In this document: piece after piece, positions 53,382 through 63,764 of the stretch
How positions within the stretch are numbered: position 1 is the first letter of the stretch
Layout of the letters: each line of letters begins with the position of its first letter
Source of the DNA: Clostridia bacterium
GTDB taxonomy: Bacteria > Bacillota > Clostridia > UMGS1883 > UMGS1540
Assembly: GCA_045577075.1 (NCBI GenBank)
Contig: JAZNHR010000025.1
Coordinates: forward strand, 65,136-129,135
Length of the DNA stretch: 64,000 nucleotides
Reading direction: 5' to 3'
Notes under the pieces: generated by a model
Seen by the model: the letters and a program-made list of their open reading frames with translations, nothing else
Told to the model about the DNA's origin: nothing
The model's database searches: none
Program-made: the position numbers and the translations under genes

Positions 53382-55457
53382 TTGGCAAGAGAATTTTCAC
53401 TTGAAAATACAAGAAATATCGGTATCATGGCACACATTGATGCTGGTAAAACTACAACCACAGAACGTATTCTGTTCTACACAGGCCGTGTGCATAAGAT
53501 AGGCGAAACTCACGAAGGTTCGGCTACGATGGACTGGATGGAACAGGAACAGGAGCGCGGTATCACCATTACATCCGCTGCTACCACCGCACAGTGGAAG
53601 GGAACACGTATCAACATTATCGATACTCCCGGACACGTTGACTTTACGGTTGAGGTTGAACGTTCCCTGCGCGTACTGGACGGTTCCGTTACAGTATTCT
53701 GTGCAAAGGGCGGTGTTGAACCCCAGTCCGAAAACGTTTGGAGACAGGCTGATAAATATAAAGTTCCCAGAATGGCTTATGTAAATAAGATGGACATTAT
53801 GGGTGCTGATTTTTACAATGTTGTCCAGATGATGAAGGATCGTCTGCAGTGTAATGCTGTACCGATTCAGTTGCCTATCGGGGCAGAAGACACCTTCAAG
53901 GGTCTTATTGACCTTGTTGAAATGAAGGCTTACGTTTACTATGATGACCTTGGAAAGGATGAACGCGTGGAAGAAATTCCTGCGGACATGAAGGACAAGG
54001 CTGACGAGTATCGTGCAGCACTTATTGAAGCTGTTGCAGAACAGGATGAAGAGCTTATGATGAAGTATCTGGAAGGCGAAGAGCTGACCACGGAAGAAAT
54101 CAAGGCTACCATCCGTAAGGCTACCATTGCAAATGAAATGGTTCCTGTCCTTTGCGGTACTTCTTACCGCAATAAGGGCGTACAGAACCTTCTGGACGCA
54201 GTTGTAGCTTACATGCCTGCACCGACGGACATTCCCCCGATTCAGGGTGTTGTTCCGGGTACAGGGGAAGAAACCGAACGTAAATCCAGCGATTCCGAGC
54301 CGTTCTCGGCTCTCGCATTTAAGATTATGACTGACCCGTTCGTTGGTAAACTGTGCTTCTTCAGAGTTTACTCCGGTACTCTTAATAAGGGCTCCGCTGT
54401 TTACAACTCTACGAAGGACAAGAACGAAAGAGTCGGCCGTATTCTTCAGATGCACGCAAATGACAGACAGGATATCGATACCGTTTACTCCGGTGATATC
54501 GCTGCTGCCGTTGGTCTTAAGAACACCGGTACCGGTGATACCCTTTGTGACGAATCGAATCCCGTAATTCTGGAATCTATGGAATTCCCGGATCCCGTTA
54601 TCCGTGTTGCAATCGAGCCGAAAACAAAGGCCGGTCAGGAAAAGATGGGTATTGCACTTGCAAAGCTTGCAGAAGAAGACCCGACATTCCGTGCCTACAC
54701 AGATGAAGAAACAGGGCAGACCATTATCGCCGGTATGGGCGAGCTGCACCTGGAAATTATTGTTGACAGACTTCTGCGTGAATTCAAGGTAGAAGCAAAT
54801 GTTGGTAAGCCGCAGGTATCCTACAAGGAAGCAATCCGCAAGCCTGTTCGTGTTGACCACAAATACGCACGTCAGTCCGGTGGTAAGGGTCAGTACGGTC
54901 ACTGCGTACTGGAAATTGAGCCCCTTGAAGCCGGTAAAGGCTATGAATTCGTTAACAAAATCGTCGGTGGTGCAATTCCGAAGGAATACATCCCCGCTGT
55001 TGACGCCGGTGTACAGAGTGCTATGCAAAACGGTGTTCTGGCAGGCTACAACGTTGTTGACGTTCGCGTAACCCTCGTTGACGGCTCCTACCATGAAGTT
55101 GACTCTTCGGAAATGGCATTTAAGATTGCCGGTTCTATGGCATTCAAGGATGGTTGCCGCAAGGGTGACCCGGTTCTGAAAGAACCCATCATGCAGGTTG
55201 ACGTTATTGTACCTGAAGAATACATGGGCGACGTTATGGGTGACTTAAACTCCCGCCGTGGACAGATTCAGGGTATGGAAGCAAGACCGGGCGCACAGGC
55301 AATCGCTGCCTTTGTACCGCTTAGCGAAATGTTCGGCTATGCAACGGATCTTCGTTCCAAGACACAGGGCCGTGGTCAGTATACCATGCAGCCCAGCCAC
55401 TATGAAGAAGTTCCGAAGAGCATTATGGAAGCAATCATAGCCGGCAGACAGAAATAA
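53382..55457 (+). CDS. fusA: translation elongation factor G
   Basis: [26 protein letters not shown]-terminus. A GAGGAGG RBS sits 7 nt before the TTG at 53382; the track start 53361 is an upstream TTG. Confidence 0.95.
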   Translation: MAREFSLENTRNIGIMAHIDAGKTTTTERILFYTGRVHKIGETHEGSATMDWMEQEQERGITITSAATTAQWKGTRINIIDTPGHVDFTVEVERSLRVLDGSVTVFCAKGGVEPQSENVWRQADKYKVPRMAYVNKMDIMGADFYNVVQMMKDRLQCNAVPIQLPIGAEDTFKGLIDLVEMKAYVYYDDLGKDERVEEIPADMKDKADEYRAALIEAVAEQDEELMMKYLEGEELTTEEIKATIRKATIANEMVPVLCGTSYRNKGVQNLLDAVVAYMPAPTDIPPIQGVVPGTGEETERKSSDSEPFSALAFKIMTDPFVGKLCFFRVYSGTLNKGSAVYNSTKDKNERVGRILQMHANDRQDIDTVYSGDIAAAVGLKNTGTGDTLCDESNPVILESMEFPDPVIRVAIEPKTKAGQEKMGIALAKLAEEDPTFRAYTDEETGQTIIAGMGELHLEIIVDRLLREFKVEANVGKPQVSYKEAIRKPVRVDHKYARQSGGKGQYGHCVLEIEPLEAGKGYEFVNKIVGGAIPKEYIPAVDAGVQSAMQNGVLAGYNVVDVRVTLVDGSYHEVDSSEMAFKIAGSMAFKDGCRKGDPVLKEPIMQVDVIVPEEYMGDVMGDLNSRRGQIQGMEARPGAQAIAAFVPLSEMFGYATDLRSKTQGRGQYTMQPSHYEEVPKSIMEAIIAGRQK

Positions 55458-55554
55458 AATAGCAGTTTTTTCTAAAAAACACTTGATTTTTCTGTAAATT
55501 TATATTATTATAGCTATAAGCGATAAAAAAGCAAATTAAAGGAGGAAATTCCAA

Positions 55555-56757
55555 ATGGCGAAGGAAAAATTTGAAAGAACCAAACCGCACGTAAACATTG
55601 GTACCATTGGTCACGTTGACCATGGTAAGACATCCCTGACAGCAGCTATCACAAAGGTACTTGCTTTCCAGGGTAAGGCAAATTACGAAGCTTACGACAT
55701 GATCGATAAGGCTCCGGAAGAAAGAGAAAGAGGTATTACCATTTCTACCGCTCACGTTGAGTACGAAACGGACAACCGTCACTATGCTCACGTTGACTGC
55801 CCGGGCCACGCTGACTATGTTAAGAACATGATTACCGGTGCTGCACAGATGGACGGCGCTATCCTCGTTGTTTCCGCTGCTGACGGCCCCATGCCCCAGA
55901 CAAGCGAACACATTCTTCTCTCCCGTCAGGTAGGCGTTCCCTACATTGTAGTATTCCTCAACAAGAAGGACCAGGTTGACGATCCTGAACTTCTTGAACT
56001 GGTTGAAATGGAAATTCGTGAACTCCTTAATGAGTACGAATTCCCCGGCGATGATATTCCGATCGTAGCAGGTTCTGCTCTGCAGGCTCTGGAATGCGAA
56101 TCCAACGATGCTTCTGCTCCGGAATACGCTCCCATCCTCGAACTCATGGATGCAGTTGACAGCTACATTCCCACTCCGGAAAGAAAGACTGACCTGCCCT
56201 TCCTCATGCCTGTTGAAGACGTATTCTCCATCACAGGCCGTGGTACAGTTGCTACCGGCCGTGTAGAAAGAGGTTCTTTGAAGGTTTCTGACGAAGTTGA
56301 AATCGTTGGTCTTACCGATGAATCCCGCAAGGTTGTTGTTACCGGTATCGAAATGTTCCGCAAGCTCCTCGATAGCGCAGAAGCAGGCGATAACATCGGT
56401 GCACTTCTCCGTGGTGTTCAGAGAAATGAAATCGAACGTGGTCAGGTTCTTGCAAAGCCGGGTTCCATCAACCCCCACACAGCTTTCAAGGGCGAAGTTT
56501 ACGTTCTGACCAAGGACGAAGGTGGTCGTCACACTCCGTTCTTCAACAACTACAGACCGCAGTTCTACTTCAGAACAACTGACGTTACTGGTGTTGTTAA
56601 CCTGCCGGACGGCGTTGAAATGTGCATGCCTGGCGATAACGTATCCATTTCTGTTGAGCTGATTACTCCTATCGCTATCGAAGAAGGTCTCCGTTTCGCT
56701 ATCCGTGAAGGTGGCAGAACAGTTGGTTCCGGTGTTGTTAGCGCAATCAACAAATAA
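55555..56757 (+). CDS. tuf: translation elongation factor Tu
   Basis: [27 protein letters not shown]-terminus. AAGGAGG RBS. Confidence 0.95.
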   Translation: MAKEKFERTKPHVNIGTIGHVDHGKTSLTAAITKVLAFQGKANYEAYDMIDKAPEERERGITISTAHVEYETDNRHYAHVDCPGHADYVKNMITGAAQMDGAILVVSAADGPMPQTSEHILLSRQVGVPYIVVFLNKKDQVDDPELLELVEMEIRELLNEYEFPGDDIPIVAGSALQALECESNDASAPEYAPILELMDAVDSYIPTPERKTDLPFLMPVEDVFSITGRGTVATGRVERGSLKVSDEVEIVGLTDESRKVVVTGIEMFRKLLDSAEAGDNIGALLRGVQRNEIERGQVLAKPGSINPHTAFKGEVYVLTKDEGGRHTPFFNNYRPQFYFRTTDVTGVVNLPDGVEMCMPGDNVSISVELITPIAIEEGLRFAIREGGRTVGSGVVSAINK

Positions 56758-56769
56758 GATATGCTTTCT

Positions 56770-56800
56770 AAAGGGCTGCCCTATGGCAGCCCTTTATTTC
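56770..56800 (+). terminator. rho-independent terminator after tuf
   Basis: AAGGGCTGCCCTATGGCAGCCCTT hairpin followed by TATTTCTCT. Confidence 0.65.
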
Positions 56801-56813
56801 TCTAAATTAAAGA

Positions 56814-57320
56814 ATGGGGAGCGTGAAACAATTGCAGAGAAGAGATAAATATAATTATTATCTGGATATCGCAGAAACCGTAATTGGCCGCGGGACTTGC
56901 CTGCGTCGCAATTACGGCGCAATCATAGTAAAAAATGATGAAATTATTTCCAGCGGTTACACGGGCGCACCTCGTGGGAGAATGAACTGCATAGACCGTG
57001 GTACCTGCAGAAGAGAGGAACTTTGTATCCCGAGAGGAGAGCGGTATGAGCTTTGCAGGAGCGTACACGCGGAGGCAAATGCCATTATTAGTGCCTCCAG
57101 ACGCGATATGATAGGCGCCGTTTTGTATCTTGTTGGAAAAGATGCGAAGACGGGGGAACTTATTGAGGATGCCACTTCCTGTGCCATGTGTCGGCGTATG
57201 ATTATCAACGCCGGTATTGAGCTGGTTGTCGTTCGCAATACGAAGGATACATACCAAATTGTTTCCGTGCAGGACTGGGTTCGTAATGATGAATCCTTAG
57301 GTCTCGAAGGGGAAAAATAG
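56814..57320 (+). CDS. deoxycytidylate (dCMP) deaminase, ComEB-like zinc-dependent cytidine/deoxycytidylate deaminase family
   Basis: HAEANAI zinc ligand and SCAMC (PCxxC) motif. Confidence 0.75.
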   Translation: MGSVKQLQRRDKYNYYLDIAETVIGRGTCLRRNYGAIIVKNDEIISSGYTGAPRGRMNCIDRGTCRREELCIPRGERYELCRSVHAEANAIISASRRDMIGAVLYLVGKDAKTGELIEDATSCAMCRRMIINAGIELVVVRNTKDTYQIVSVQDWVRNDESLGLEGEK

Positions 57321-57338
57321 TAAAAACGGAAAAACCCC

Positions 57339-57367
57339 TTGACTTTATCACGATAAAGTGCTACTAT
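57339..57367 (+). promoter_or_regulatory. putative sigma-A-type promoter for the amino-acid ABC transporter operon
   Basis: TTGACT, a 17 nt spacer, and TACTAT; a TATAAT sits 3 nt further downstream. Confidence 0.35.
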
Positions 57368-57417
57368 AATTGTAGGCGTAAAATCGTAGTTTTACAAAAA
57401 AGAAAGGATGAATGAAT

Positions 57418-58203
57418 ATGAAAAAGTGGATTGCACTCGTTTTAGCACTTTGCACTGTACTTTCATTCAGCGCTTGTGCAAAAAAACCTGCTGAAGTCAG
57501 TGACGGCGGCCAGACAAAGATTATTGTCGGTCTTGATGACACTTTTGCACCCATGGGCTTCAGAACAGAAGATGGGGAGCTGGTTGGCTTTGATATTGAC
57601 CTTGCAAGAGCTGTTGCCGCAGAAATGGGCGTAGAAGTTGAATTTAAGCCTATTGATTGGAATGCAAAGGAACAGGAACTTGACAGCAAAAGAATTGATA
57701 TGATTTGGAACGGCATGAGCAAAAACCCTGAACGTGAAGAAAAAATGAACCTTTCCAAGCCCTACTTTAACAACTCTTTTGCGATTATGACATTAGCTTC
57801 TAAGACTATTGCAAAGAAAGCAGATTTGGCAGGCAAAACTGTTGGGACACAGGCGGCAAGCGGTGCGCTTGATGTAATTAAAAAGGACAGCATTTATGGT
57901 GAAATTGCAGATGGTCTCGCAGAATACGATACCTATGACGAAGCTGTTATGGACCTTGAAGCCGGCAGACTGGATGCTGTTATCATTGATAAGGTTGCAG
58001 GTATGTACAAAGCAAACCAGAAGGAAGGTACCTATGCTTTTGCAGAAGAAGACTTTGGCGAAGACCTTTATGTAATCGGTCTGCGCAAGGGCGATGATGC
58101 TTTAACAGAAAGAGTAAACAAAGCACTTGACGCTGTGATTGCAAGCGGCAAGGCTGCAGAAATTTCCAAGACCTGGTTTGGTGAAGATTTAGTTCTTCGG
58201 TAA
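57418..58203 (+). CDS. polar amino-acid ABC transporter substrate-binding lipoprotein
   Basis: Lipobox LSFSACAKK and an SBP family 3 pattern. The track start is at 57412. Confidence 0.8.
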   Translation: MKKWIALVLALCTVLSFSACAKKPAEVSDGGQTKIIVGLDDTFAPMGFRTEDGELVGFDIDLARAVAAEMGVEVEFKPIDWNAKEQELDSKRIDMIWNGMSKNPEREEKMNLSKPYFNNSFAIMTLASKTIAKKADLAGKTVGTQAASGALDVIKKDSIYGEIADGLAEYDTYDEAVMDLEAGRLDAVIIDKVAGMYKANQKEGTYAFAEEDFGEDLYVIGLRKGDDALTERVNKALDAVIASGKAAEISKTWFGEDLVLR

Positions 58204-58332
58204 TACAAGAATTTTGCGGGGCTGGCCACGGGAACATATACGCCGCAAACGGCGTGTATATTAGCGGTCAGCCCGCTTTCTAATTTAGACATAGAAAATG
58301 CCCGCGGTGGCATTTTCGGAAAAGGATTTAGC

Positions 58333-59028
58333 ATGGAGTTTTTAGCAGAAGCTTGGGCAGAAATTGTTGAATGGGTTACATATTCGGGCGGTATTATGCC
58401 GGCACTTTTAAAGGGTGGGCTGGTATCACTTCGTGTGTTTGTTCTTACGCTTGTTTTATCCCTGCCACTGGGACTGTTTATCGGTCTTATGCGGGTTTCC
58501 AAAATCGGGCCGCTGAAATGGTTTTCTTCGGCTTATATTTGGATTTTGCGCGGCACGCCGCTATTGCTCCAGCTTTACTTTGTGTATTATGGCCTGCCGA
58601 GCGTGGGGCTTACCCTTGACGGTGTTACGGCGGCGGTTGTTGCATTTACGCTCAATTACGCGGCGTATTTTGCGGAAATTTACCGCGGCGGCATTGAGTC
58701 GATTGACCGCGGACAGTACGAGGCGGCGAAAGCCCTCGGCTTTTCAAGCGGAAAAACGATGTGGAAGATTATTATTCCCCAGACCTTAAGTCGCATTATC
58801 CCGCCCATCACAAATGAAACGATTACCCTTGTAAAAGATACCGCACTCATTACCGCCATCAGCGTATCAGAACTTCTGCGCGCGGCAAAGGGTGCTGTAA
58901 ACCGAGATTTGGATACAACAGCCTTTCTGTTGGCTGCCCTATTATATTTGTTCTTTACACTTATTTTGACAATTATTTTTAAATTTACGGAGAAGCGGTT
59001 CTCGAGGCATATAAGGAGGGAGAGCTGA
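58333..59028 (+). CDS. polar amino-acid ABC transporter permease (His/Glu/Gln/Arg/opine family)
   Basis: N-terminal signature and the EAA-like loop (EAAKALGFSSGKT) typical of HisM/GlnP permeases. Confidence 0.85.
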   Translation: MEFLAEAWAEIVEWVTYSGGIMPALLKGGLVSLRVFVLTLVLSLPLGLFIGLMRVSKIGPLKWFSSAYIWILRGTPLLLQLYFVYYGLPSVGLTLDGVTAAVVAFTLNYAAYFAEIYRGGIESIDRGQYEAAKALGFSSGKTMWKIIIPQTLSRIIPPITNETITLVKDTALITAISVSELLRAAKGAVNRDLDTTAFLLAALLYLFFTLILTIIFKFTEKRFSRHIRRES

Positions 59029-59789
59029 TGGCAATTTTAGAAGTTTGCGGTCTTAAAAAGAATTTTGGCTCCCTAAAGGTGCTGAAGGGGATTGATTTTC
59101 AAACGGAAAAAGGGAAGGTTACGTCGATTTTAGGCCCTTCCGGCAGCGGGAAGAGTACCTTTATTCGTTGCCTGAATCGTTTGGAAAAAATTACGGCAGG
59201 AACAATTAAAATTGATGGGGAAACTCTTGCGGACACCGTGGACGGCAAAGTCGTTTACGCGCCCGATAGGGAAGCACGCCGTATTTGCGGAAAAACAGGT
59301 ATGGTTTTCCAAAACTTCAACCTGTTTCCTCATATGACGGTGCTGGATAATATCACCGCCGCCCCCATTTCCGTACAAAAGAGACCTGCGGCGGAAGCGG
59401 TGGAAACTGCCATGGAACTACTGAAAATGGTAGGGCTTGCGGAAAAAGCGAAGCAGTACCCCTCAGCACTTTCCGGCGGTCAGCAGCAGCGCGTTGCCAT
59501 TGCCCGTGCCTTGGCGCTAAAGCCCGAAATTCTGTTCTTTGATGAGCCAACCAGTGCCCTCGACCCTGAACTTACCGGGGAAGTCCTTCGCGTTATCCGG
59601 GATTTGGCGGCAGAGCATATGACCATGCTGATTGTAACCCACGAAATTGAATTTGCCCTCGGGGTATCCGATCAGGTGGTATTTATGGACGGCGGTCATA
59701 TTGTGGAAGCCGGCACGGCGGACGCCCTGATTAACCATCCGCAGAATGAACGTACAAAGGCATTTTTAAATCGAATGCACGAGGTGTAA
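59028..59789 (+). CDS. polar amino-acid ABC transporter ATP-binding protein
   Basis: Walker A GPSGSGKST, signature LSGGQQQR, Walker B ILFFDEPTSALD. The start overlaps the permease stop. Confidence 0.9.
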   Translation: MAILEVCGLKKNFGSLKVLKGIDFQTEKGKVTSILGPSGSGKSTFIRCLNRLEKITAGTIKIDGETLADTVDGKVVYAPDREARRICGKTGMVFQNFNLFPHMTVLDNITAAPISVQKRPAAEAVETAMELLKMVGLAEKAKQYPSALSGGQQQRVAIARALALKPEILFFDEPTSALDPELTGEVLRVIRDLAAEHMTMLIVTHEIEFALGVSDQVVFMDGGHIVEAGTADALINHPQNERTKAFLNRMHEV

Positions 59790-59791
59790 CC

Positions 59792-60907
59792 ATGCATGTA
59801 ACGGGCATTGTGGCGGAATATAATCCGTTTCATACGGGACATATGTATCATATTGAAAAAGCAAGAAAGGAAACTGCAGCAAGCGGCATTGTTGCCGTAA
59901 TGAGCGGTAGCTTTGTGCAAAGGGGAGAGCCTGCCGTCTTTGATAAATGGACGCGGGCTCTTCATGCACTGGAAGGCGGCGTGGATTTAGTGCTGGAATT
60001 GCCGGCGGTGTACGCCCTTTCCTCCGCAGAAGGCTTTGCAAAAGGCGCCGTGGAAACTCTAAAAAACACAGGCGTTGTGGACACACTTTCCTTCGGGAGT
60101 GAATGTGGGGATGAGAGCCTTCTTCGCCGTGCTGCAAGTATTTTAGAAGCGGAGCCGATGCAGTTTAAAGCAGTCTTGCAGGAAAAGCTGAAAGCCGGCG
60201 TATCTTATGCGGCGGCAAGACAGGCGGCGCTGGCATGTATGGACGAAGAAGCGGCGCAAGTTTTGGACGCGCCAAATAACATTTTGGGCGTCGCGTATTT
60301 GCGCTTTTGGGACAAAGCGGCGCACACAGTCAAACGCGCAGGCGGTGGCTATCTGGATAAAACCATAAAGGGAGAATTTGCTTCTGCTCTTGCCCTTCGC
60401 GAAAAACTGCACAGGGGAGAGGACATCAGCCGATTCGTTTCCTATCAGGCGGAAGGGATTCCTGTGGCAAAAACGGAGGACTATGAAGCACTACTTCTCT
60501 ACGCCCTTCGCACCCAAGGGGATAAAAAGCCACCAGCCGTTCCGGAGACCGTATGGAAACGTCTTACAAGGCAAGCTGGCGAGAGCTTGCAAAACGTACT
60601 GGAAAACGCAAAAACGAAACAAATACCGCTATCTTCTTTAAAACGGGCATGGATGCAGATTTTGTTGCAAAATACAGTGCCATCCAATGCACCACCGGCC
60701 TATATACGCGTCCTCGGCTTTAACCAAACGGGGGCGGAGATACTAAAGGCAATGAAAAAGACAGCCCGTCTTCCGGTAATTACCCGGCCGGCTGCCTTTA
60801 AAGGAGATTGCCCGATGTGGGAAACGGAAAAACGGGCAACGGATATTTATTTTCTGCCAAAGGGGCTTATGAACCAAGATGTTGTAAGAGCACCGGTACA
60901 AATATAA
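59792..60907 (+). CDS. tmcAL: tRNA(Met) cytidine acetate ligase TmcAL (YlbM/DUF795 HxGH nucleotidyltransferase-fold family)
   Basis: The N-terminal EYNPFHTGHMYH (HxGH) motif is characteristic of YlbM/TmcAL. Confidence 0.7.
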   Translation: MHVTGIVAEYNPFHTGHMYHIEKARKETAASGIVAVMSGSFVQRGEPAVFDKWTRALHALEGGVDLVLELPAVYALSSAEGFAKGAVETLKNTGVVDTLSFGSECGDESLLRRAASILEAEPMQFKAVLQEKLKAGVSYAAARQAALACMDEEAAQVLDAPNNILGVAYLRFWDKAAHTVKRAGGGYLDKTIKGEFASALALREKLHRGEDISRFVSYQAEGIPVAKTEDYEALLLYALRTQGDKKPPAVPETVWKRLTRQAGESLQNVLENAKTKQIPLSSLKRAWMQILLQNTVPSNAPPAYIRVLGFNQTGAEILKAMKKTARLPVITRPAAFKGDCPMWETEKRATDIYFLPKGLMNQDVVRAPVQI

Positions 60908-60938
60908 AATCCTGTATCAAAGATACAGGATTTTTTAT
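60908..60938. terminator. bidirectional rho-independent terminator between tmcAL (+) and the NlpC/P60 gene (-)
   Basis: AATCCTGTATCAAAGATACAGGATT hairpin followed by TTTTTAT. Confidence 0.65.
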
Positions 60939-60952
60939 CTTTTGTATCAATA

Positions 60953-61684
60953 CTAGAATACTCTCCGCGCGGCATACAGCGAACGGCTTGCCATACTGTC
61001 AATACTAATCGTTCGCCCGGTTTGCGGCGCATGAATATATGTTTCGTTTCCAACGTAGATGCCCACGTGCCCCGCACTTCGGAAAAATACAAGGTCACCG
61101 GGTTGCAAATCCGCTCTGGCAACCGACCGACCCATTGCAACCTGGGAATAGGTTGTCCTGGGAAGAGAAATGCCGAAGTGGCGGTATACATACTGGACAA
61201 ATCCGCTGCAGTCAAAACCGGAAGGGGTGGTGCCGCCCCAAACATAGGGGACACCGATGAAATTCTTTGCGTAGGAAACGATTTGGCTTCCCATGGAAGA
61301 ATTATAAGATGTGGCCGCCGGCACACTGCTCGAAGAAGAGGACGAACCGCTCGGACGGGAGGAAGAGCCGGAAGAAGAGGGACGCTGTATGACAATAGGC
61401 GTCGGTTCCGGAACCTGGCTTCGGTCAAACACAATCAGGTCCTTATGAACATAGCCGAGCTCGTCACCAATACGAATCTTGCACCAAGACCCTTCTGTTT
61501 TCACAACGGAAACAGGGTCTGCAAGATAAAGCTCACCAACAACATTTGCATCCATAGCAGGAACCTGCCGGACGTTTATGACATCCCCTGCGGCAAAGCC
61601 GGTGGTGTCCGCCGAAGCCGCCATGGCAAATAACATGGTAAGACCTAAAGCCGCTGCGGCAGCTATGGCAAATTTTTTAAACAT
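60953..61684 (-). CDS. secreted SH3b-domain plus NlpC/P60 (C40) cell-wall endopeptidase with a Ser-rich linker
   Basis: Signal peptide; SH3b-like N-terminal domain (WCKIRIGDELGYV); catalytic Cys (DCSGF), His and the C-terminal block GHVGIYVGN.YIHAP. An ATGGAGG RBS precedes the ATG at 61684. Confidence 0.8.
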   Translation of the reverse strand: MFKKFAIAAAAALGLTMLFAMAASADTTGFAAGDVINVRQVPAMDANVVGELYLADPVSVVKTEGSWCKIRIGDELGYVHKDLIVFDRSQVPEPTPIVIQRPSSSGSSSRPSGSSSSSSSVPAATSYNSSMGSQIVSYAKNFIGVPYVWGGTTPSGFDCSGFVQYVYRHFGISLPRTTYSQVAMGRSVARADLQPGDLVFFRSAGHVGIYVGNETYIHAPQTGRTISIDSMASRSLYAARRVF

Positions 61685-61756
61685 AAAAAACCTCCATTTT
61701 TGTCTCAAAGCTTACCTTATAAGTATAACACAAATGTGCAAAAATGTCAAACTGTA

Positions 61757-62404
61757 TTAAAAAATACGGCGTGCAGCAATCACAGTACGATCGAGAGGGT
61801 CAATCGAAACCGTGCGCCCGGTTTGCGGTGCATGAATATATGTGTTATTTCCGGCATAAATGCCTACATGGCCGCCGCCACGGAAAAAGAGCAGGTCGCC
61901 GGGTTCTAAAGCCGAGGTGTTGACGGCATAGCCGCTATACATCTGGCTGTAAGAGGTACGGGGAAGGTTTACACCGAAATATGCGTAAACATATTTTACA
62001 AAACCGCTGCAATCAAAGCCGGAAGGGGAAGAGCCGCCGTACCGATAAGGGACGCCTAAAAAATTCTTGGCGTAGGCGAGAATGTTTTCGCCCGCCGTAG
62101 GTGCGGTTTCTTCTGCCGGCATAGCCTCTGCGGGTACCGATTCAGCAGGGGCAGCTTCCGTAGCCGTTACATAATCCCCAAATACATACCCGATACCATC
62201 ACCATACTGAATGCGGTACCAGCCATTTTCTGCGCCGAGTACTGTTACGGTTTCACCATAGGCGAGTCTGCCAATGACGGTGCTGTTGGGACTTTGGCGC
62301 ACATTTAAAGAGCTCGCAGTAACGGTACCCTGGGCGGCCAAAGCGGTTGTAGTTGTAAAAAATAGCATGGCAGCAGTCAGTGCTGCACTGATTTTTAATT
62401 TCAT
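61757..62404 (-). CDS. secreted SH3b-domain plus NlpC/P60 (C40) cell-wall endopeptidase, paralogue of the neighbouring gene
   Basis: Same architecture: signal peptide, SH3b (WYRIQYGDGIGYV), DCSGF, GHVGIYAGN.YIHAP. A GAAAGGAA RBS precedes the ATG at 62404. Confidence 0.8.
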   Translation of the reverse strand: MKLKISAALTAAMLFFTTTTALAAQGTVTASSLNVRQSPNSTVIGRLAYGETVTVLGAENGWYRIQYGDGIGYVFGDYVTATEAAPAESVPAEAMPAEETAPTAGENILAYAKNFLGVPYRYGGSSPSGFDCSGFVKYVYAYFGVNLPRTSYSQMYSGYAVNTSALEPGDLLFFRGGGHVGIYAGNNTYIHAPQTGRTVSIDPLDRTVIAARRIF

Positions 62405-62610
62405 AAAAAATTCCTTTCTGTTTCGCGAAAAGCACTTCTCACGGAACGCTGACAGTACACAGTATAACATAAATATTTCATTTTGTCAAACTTTTTTAAC
62501 AATTTCTTAAATCAAAATGAAAAAAGTGGCTCATAAAACAGGCTGAAATGTGCTGTTTTACTGGGTTTTCAATAAGAAAACAGAAAAATAAAAATGTAAT
62601 AATTTAATGC

Positions 62611-62639
62611 TTGTAATTTTTTAAAATATCTGGTATGCT
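62611..62639 (+). promoter_or_regulatory. putative sigma-A-type promoter for tsaD
   Basis: TTGTAA, a 17 nt spacer, and TATGCT. Confidence 0.3.
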
Positions 62640-62669
62640 ATATACAAAGAAGGAGAAAAGAGGATTTGT

Positions 62670-63656
62670 ATGACATATATTTTAGGCATTGAATCGTCTT
62701 GTGATGAAACGGCGGCATCTGTTACCTTAGACGGGCGTACCGTACTGAGTGACGTTGTGTATTCCCAGGCGGATATTCATAAAAAATACGGCGGCGTTGT
62801 GCCGGAAATTGCATCGCGGAATCATATTCTGTCCGTCACACAGGTGATTGAGGAAGCTATCAAGCAAGCAGGGATAAAAAAAGAAGACCTTTCGGCGGTG
62901 GCAGCAACGGTGCGGCCGGGGCTGATCGGCGCCCTTCTTGTGGGGCTTTCTGCCGCAAAAGGCTTTGCCTATGCGATTGGTAAACCCTTGGTGCCCGTCA
63001 ACCACCTTCACGGCCATATTGCGGCAAATTATATTGCTAATTTGGATTTGGAGCCGCCCTTTATTTGCCTCGTTGCCTCCGGCGGACACAGCCATGTGGT
63101 GGAAGTTACCGACTATAACGAATTTTCTGTGCTTGGCGCTACTATGGACGATGCGGCAGGAGAAGCCTTTGATAAAGTGGCAAGAGTGCTGGGGCTTGGC
63201 TACCCCGGCGGTCCCCTTGTCAGCCGGTGTGCCGAAGGCGGTAGAGAAACGATTCCGTTCCCCCGTCCCATTCAGGGGCTTGATTTTAGCTTTAGCGGCG
63301 TAAAAACTGCGGTCATAAATCATGTGCATCGTGCAGAACAAAAAGGGGAACCTATTATAAAAGAAGATATAGCAGCATCCTTTCAGGCGGCAATTGTGGA
63401 TGTACTCACGACCGTGACGATAGAAGCCGCCAAACAAAAGGGCATGAAAAAGATTGCCTTGGCAGGCGGCGTTGCGGCAAATACCTGCCTTCGAAATTCC
63501 CTTGCCACAGCGACAGAACGAAACGGGATGACCCTTTATATGCCGCCGCTCTCTCTTTGTACGGACAACGGGGCCATGATTTCCTGCGCCGGGTATTACG
63601 CGTACAAAAACGGCGAGAGGGCACCCCTTAGCCAAAATGCCTTTGCATCCTTATAA
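62670..63656 (+). CDS. tsaD: tRNA N6-adenosine threonylcarbamoyltransferase (Kae1/TsaD family)
   Basis: ILGIESSCDETAASV N-terminus and HxxGH metal-binding motifs. AAGGAG RBS. Confidence 0.9.
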   Translation: MTYILGIESSCDETAASVTLDGRTVLSDVVYSQADIHKKYGGVVPEIASRNHILSVTQVIEEAIKQAGIKKEDLSAVAATVRPGLIGALLVGLSAAKGFAYAIGKPLVPVNHLHGHIAANYIANLDLEPPFICLVASGGHSHVVEVTDYNEFSVLGATMDDAAGEAFDKVARVLGLGYPGGPLVSRCAEGGRETIPFPRPIQGLDFSFSGVKTAVINHVHRAEQKGEPIIKEDIAASFQAAIVDVLTTVTIEAAKQKGMKKIALAGGVAANTCLRNSLATATERNGMTLYMPPLSLCTDNGAMISCAGYYAYKNGERAPLSQNAFASL

Positions 63657-63764
63657 CAAATAAAGGGGCGGCCGAGAATATTTCTCGGTGCCCCTTTTCT
63701 ATATAATCAGCCGCGGCTGTACAGTAGTATTTTATGAAGTGCCGCAGAAAAGAGTGAACGAAAT

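Noticed and set aside
53397-55094. 565 aa minus-strand ORF antisense to fusA
   Set aside because: It lies entirely inside the unmistakable EF-G gene. Its translation is low-complexity with no motifs. Long antisense ORFs arise from the codon bias of highly expressed genes.
55435-56532. 365 aa minus-strand ORF antisense to tuf
   Set aside because: Same reasoning: it is inside EF-Tu with no RBS or motifs.
61290-61400. Repetitive GAAGA/GGA-rich DNA, a possible tandem repeat
   Set aside because: It encodes the Ser/Gly-rich linker (SSSGSSSRPSGSSSSSSS) of the NlpC/P60 protein. It is low-complexity coding sequence, not a CRISPR array or VNTR feature.
62727-63635. 302 aa minus-strand ORF antisense to tsaD
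   Set aside because: Embedded in the tsaD coding region; a shadow ORF.
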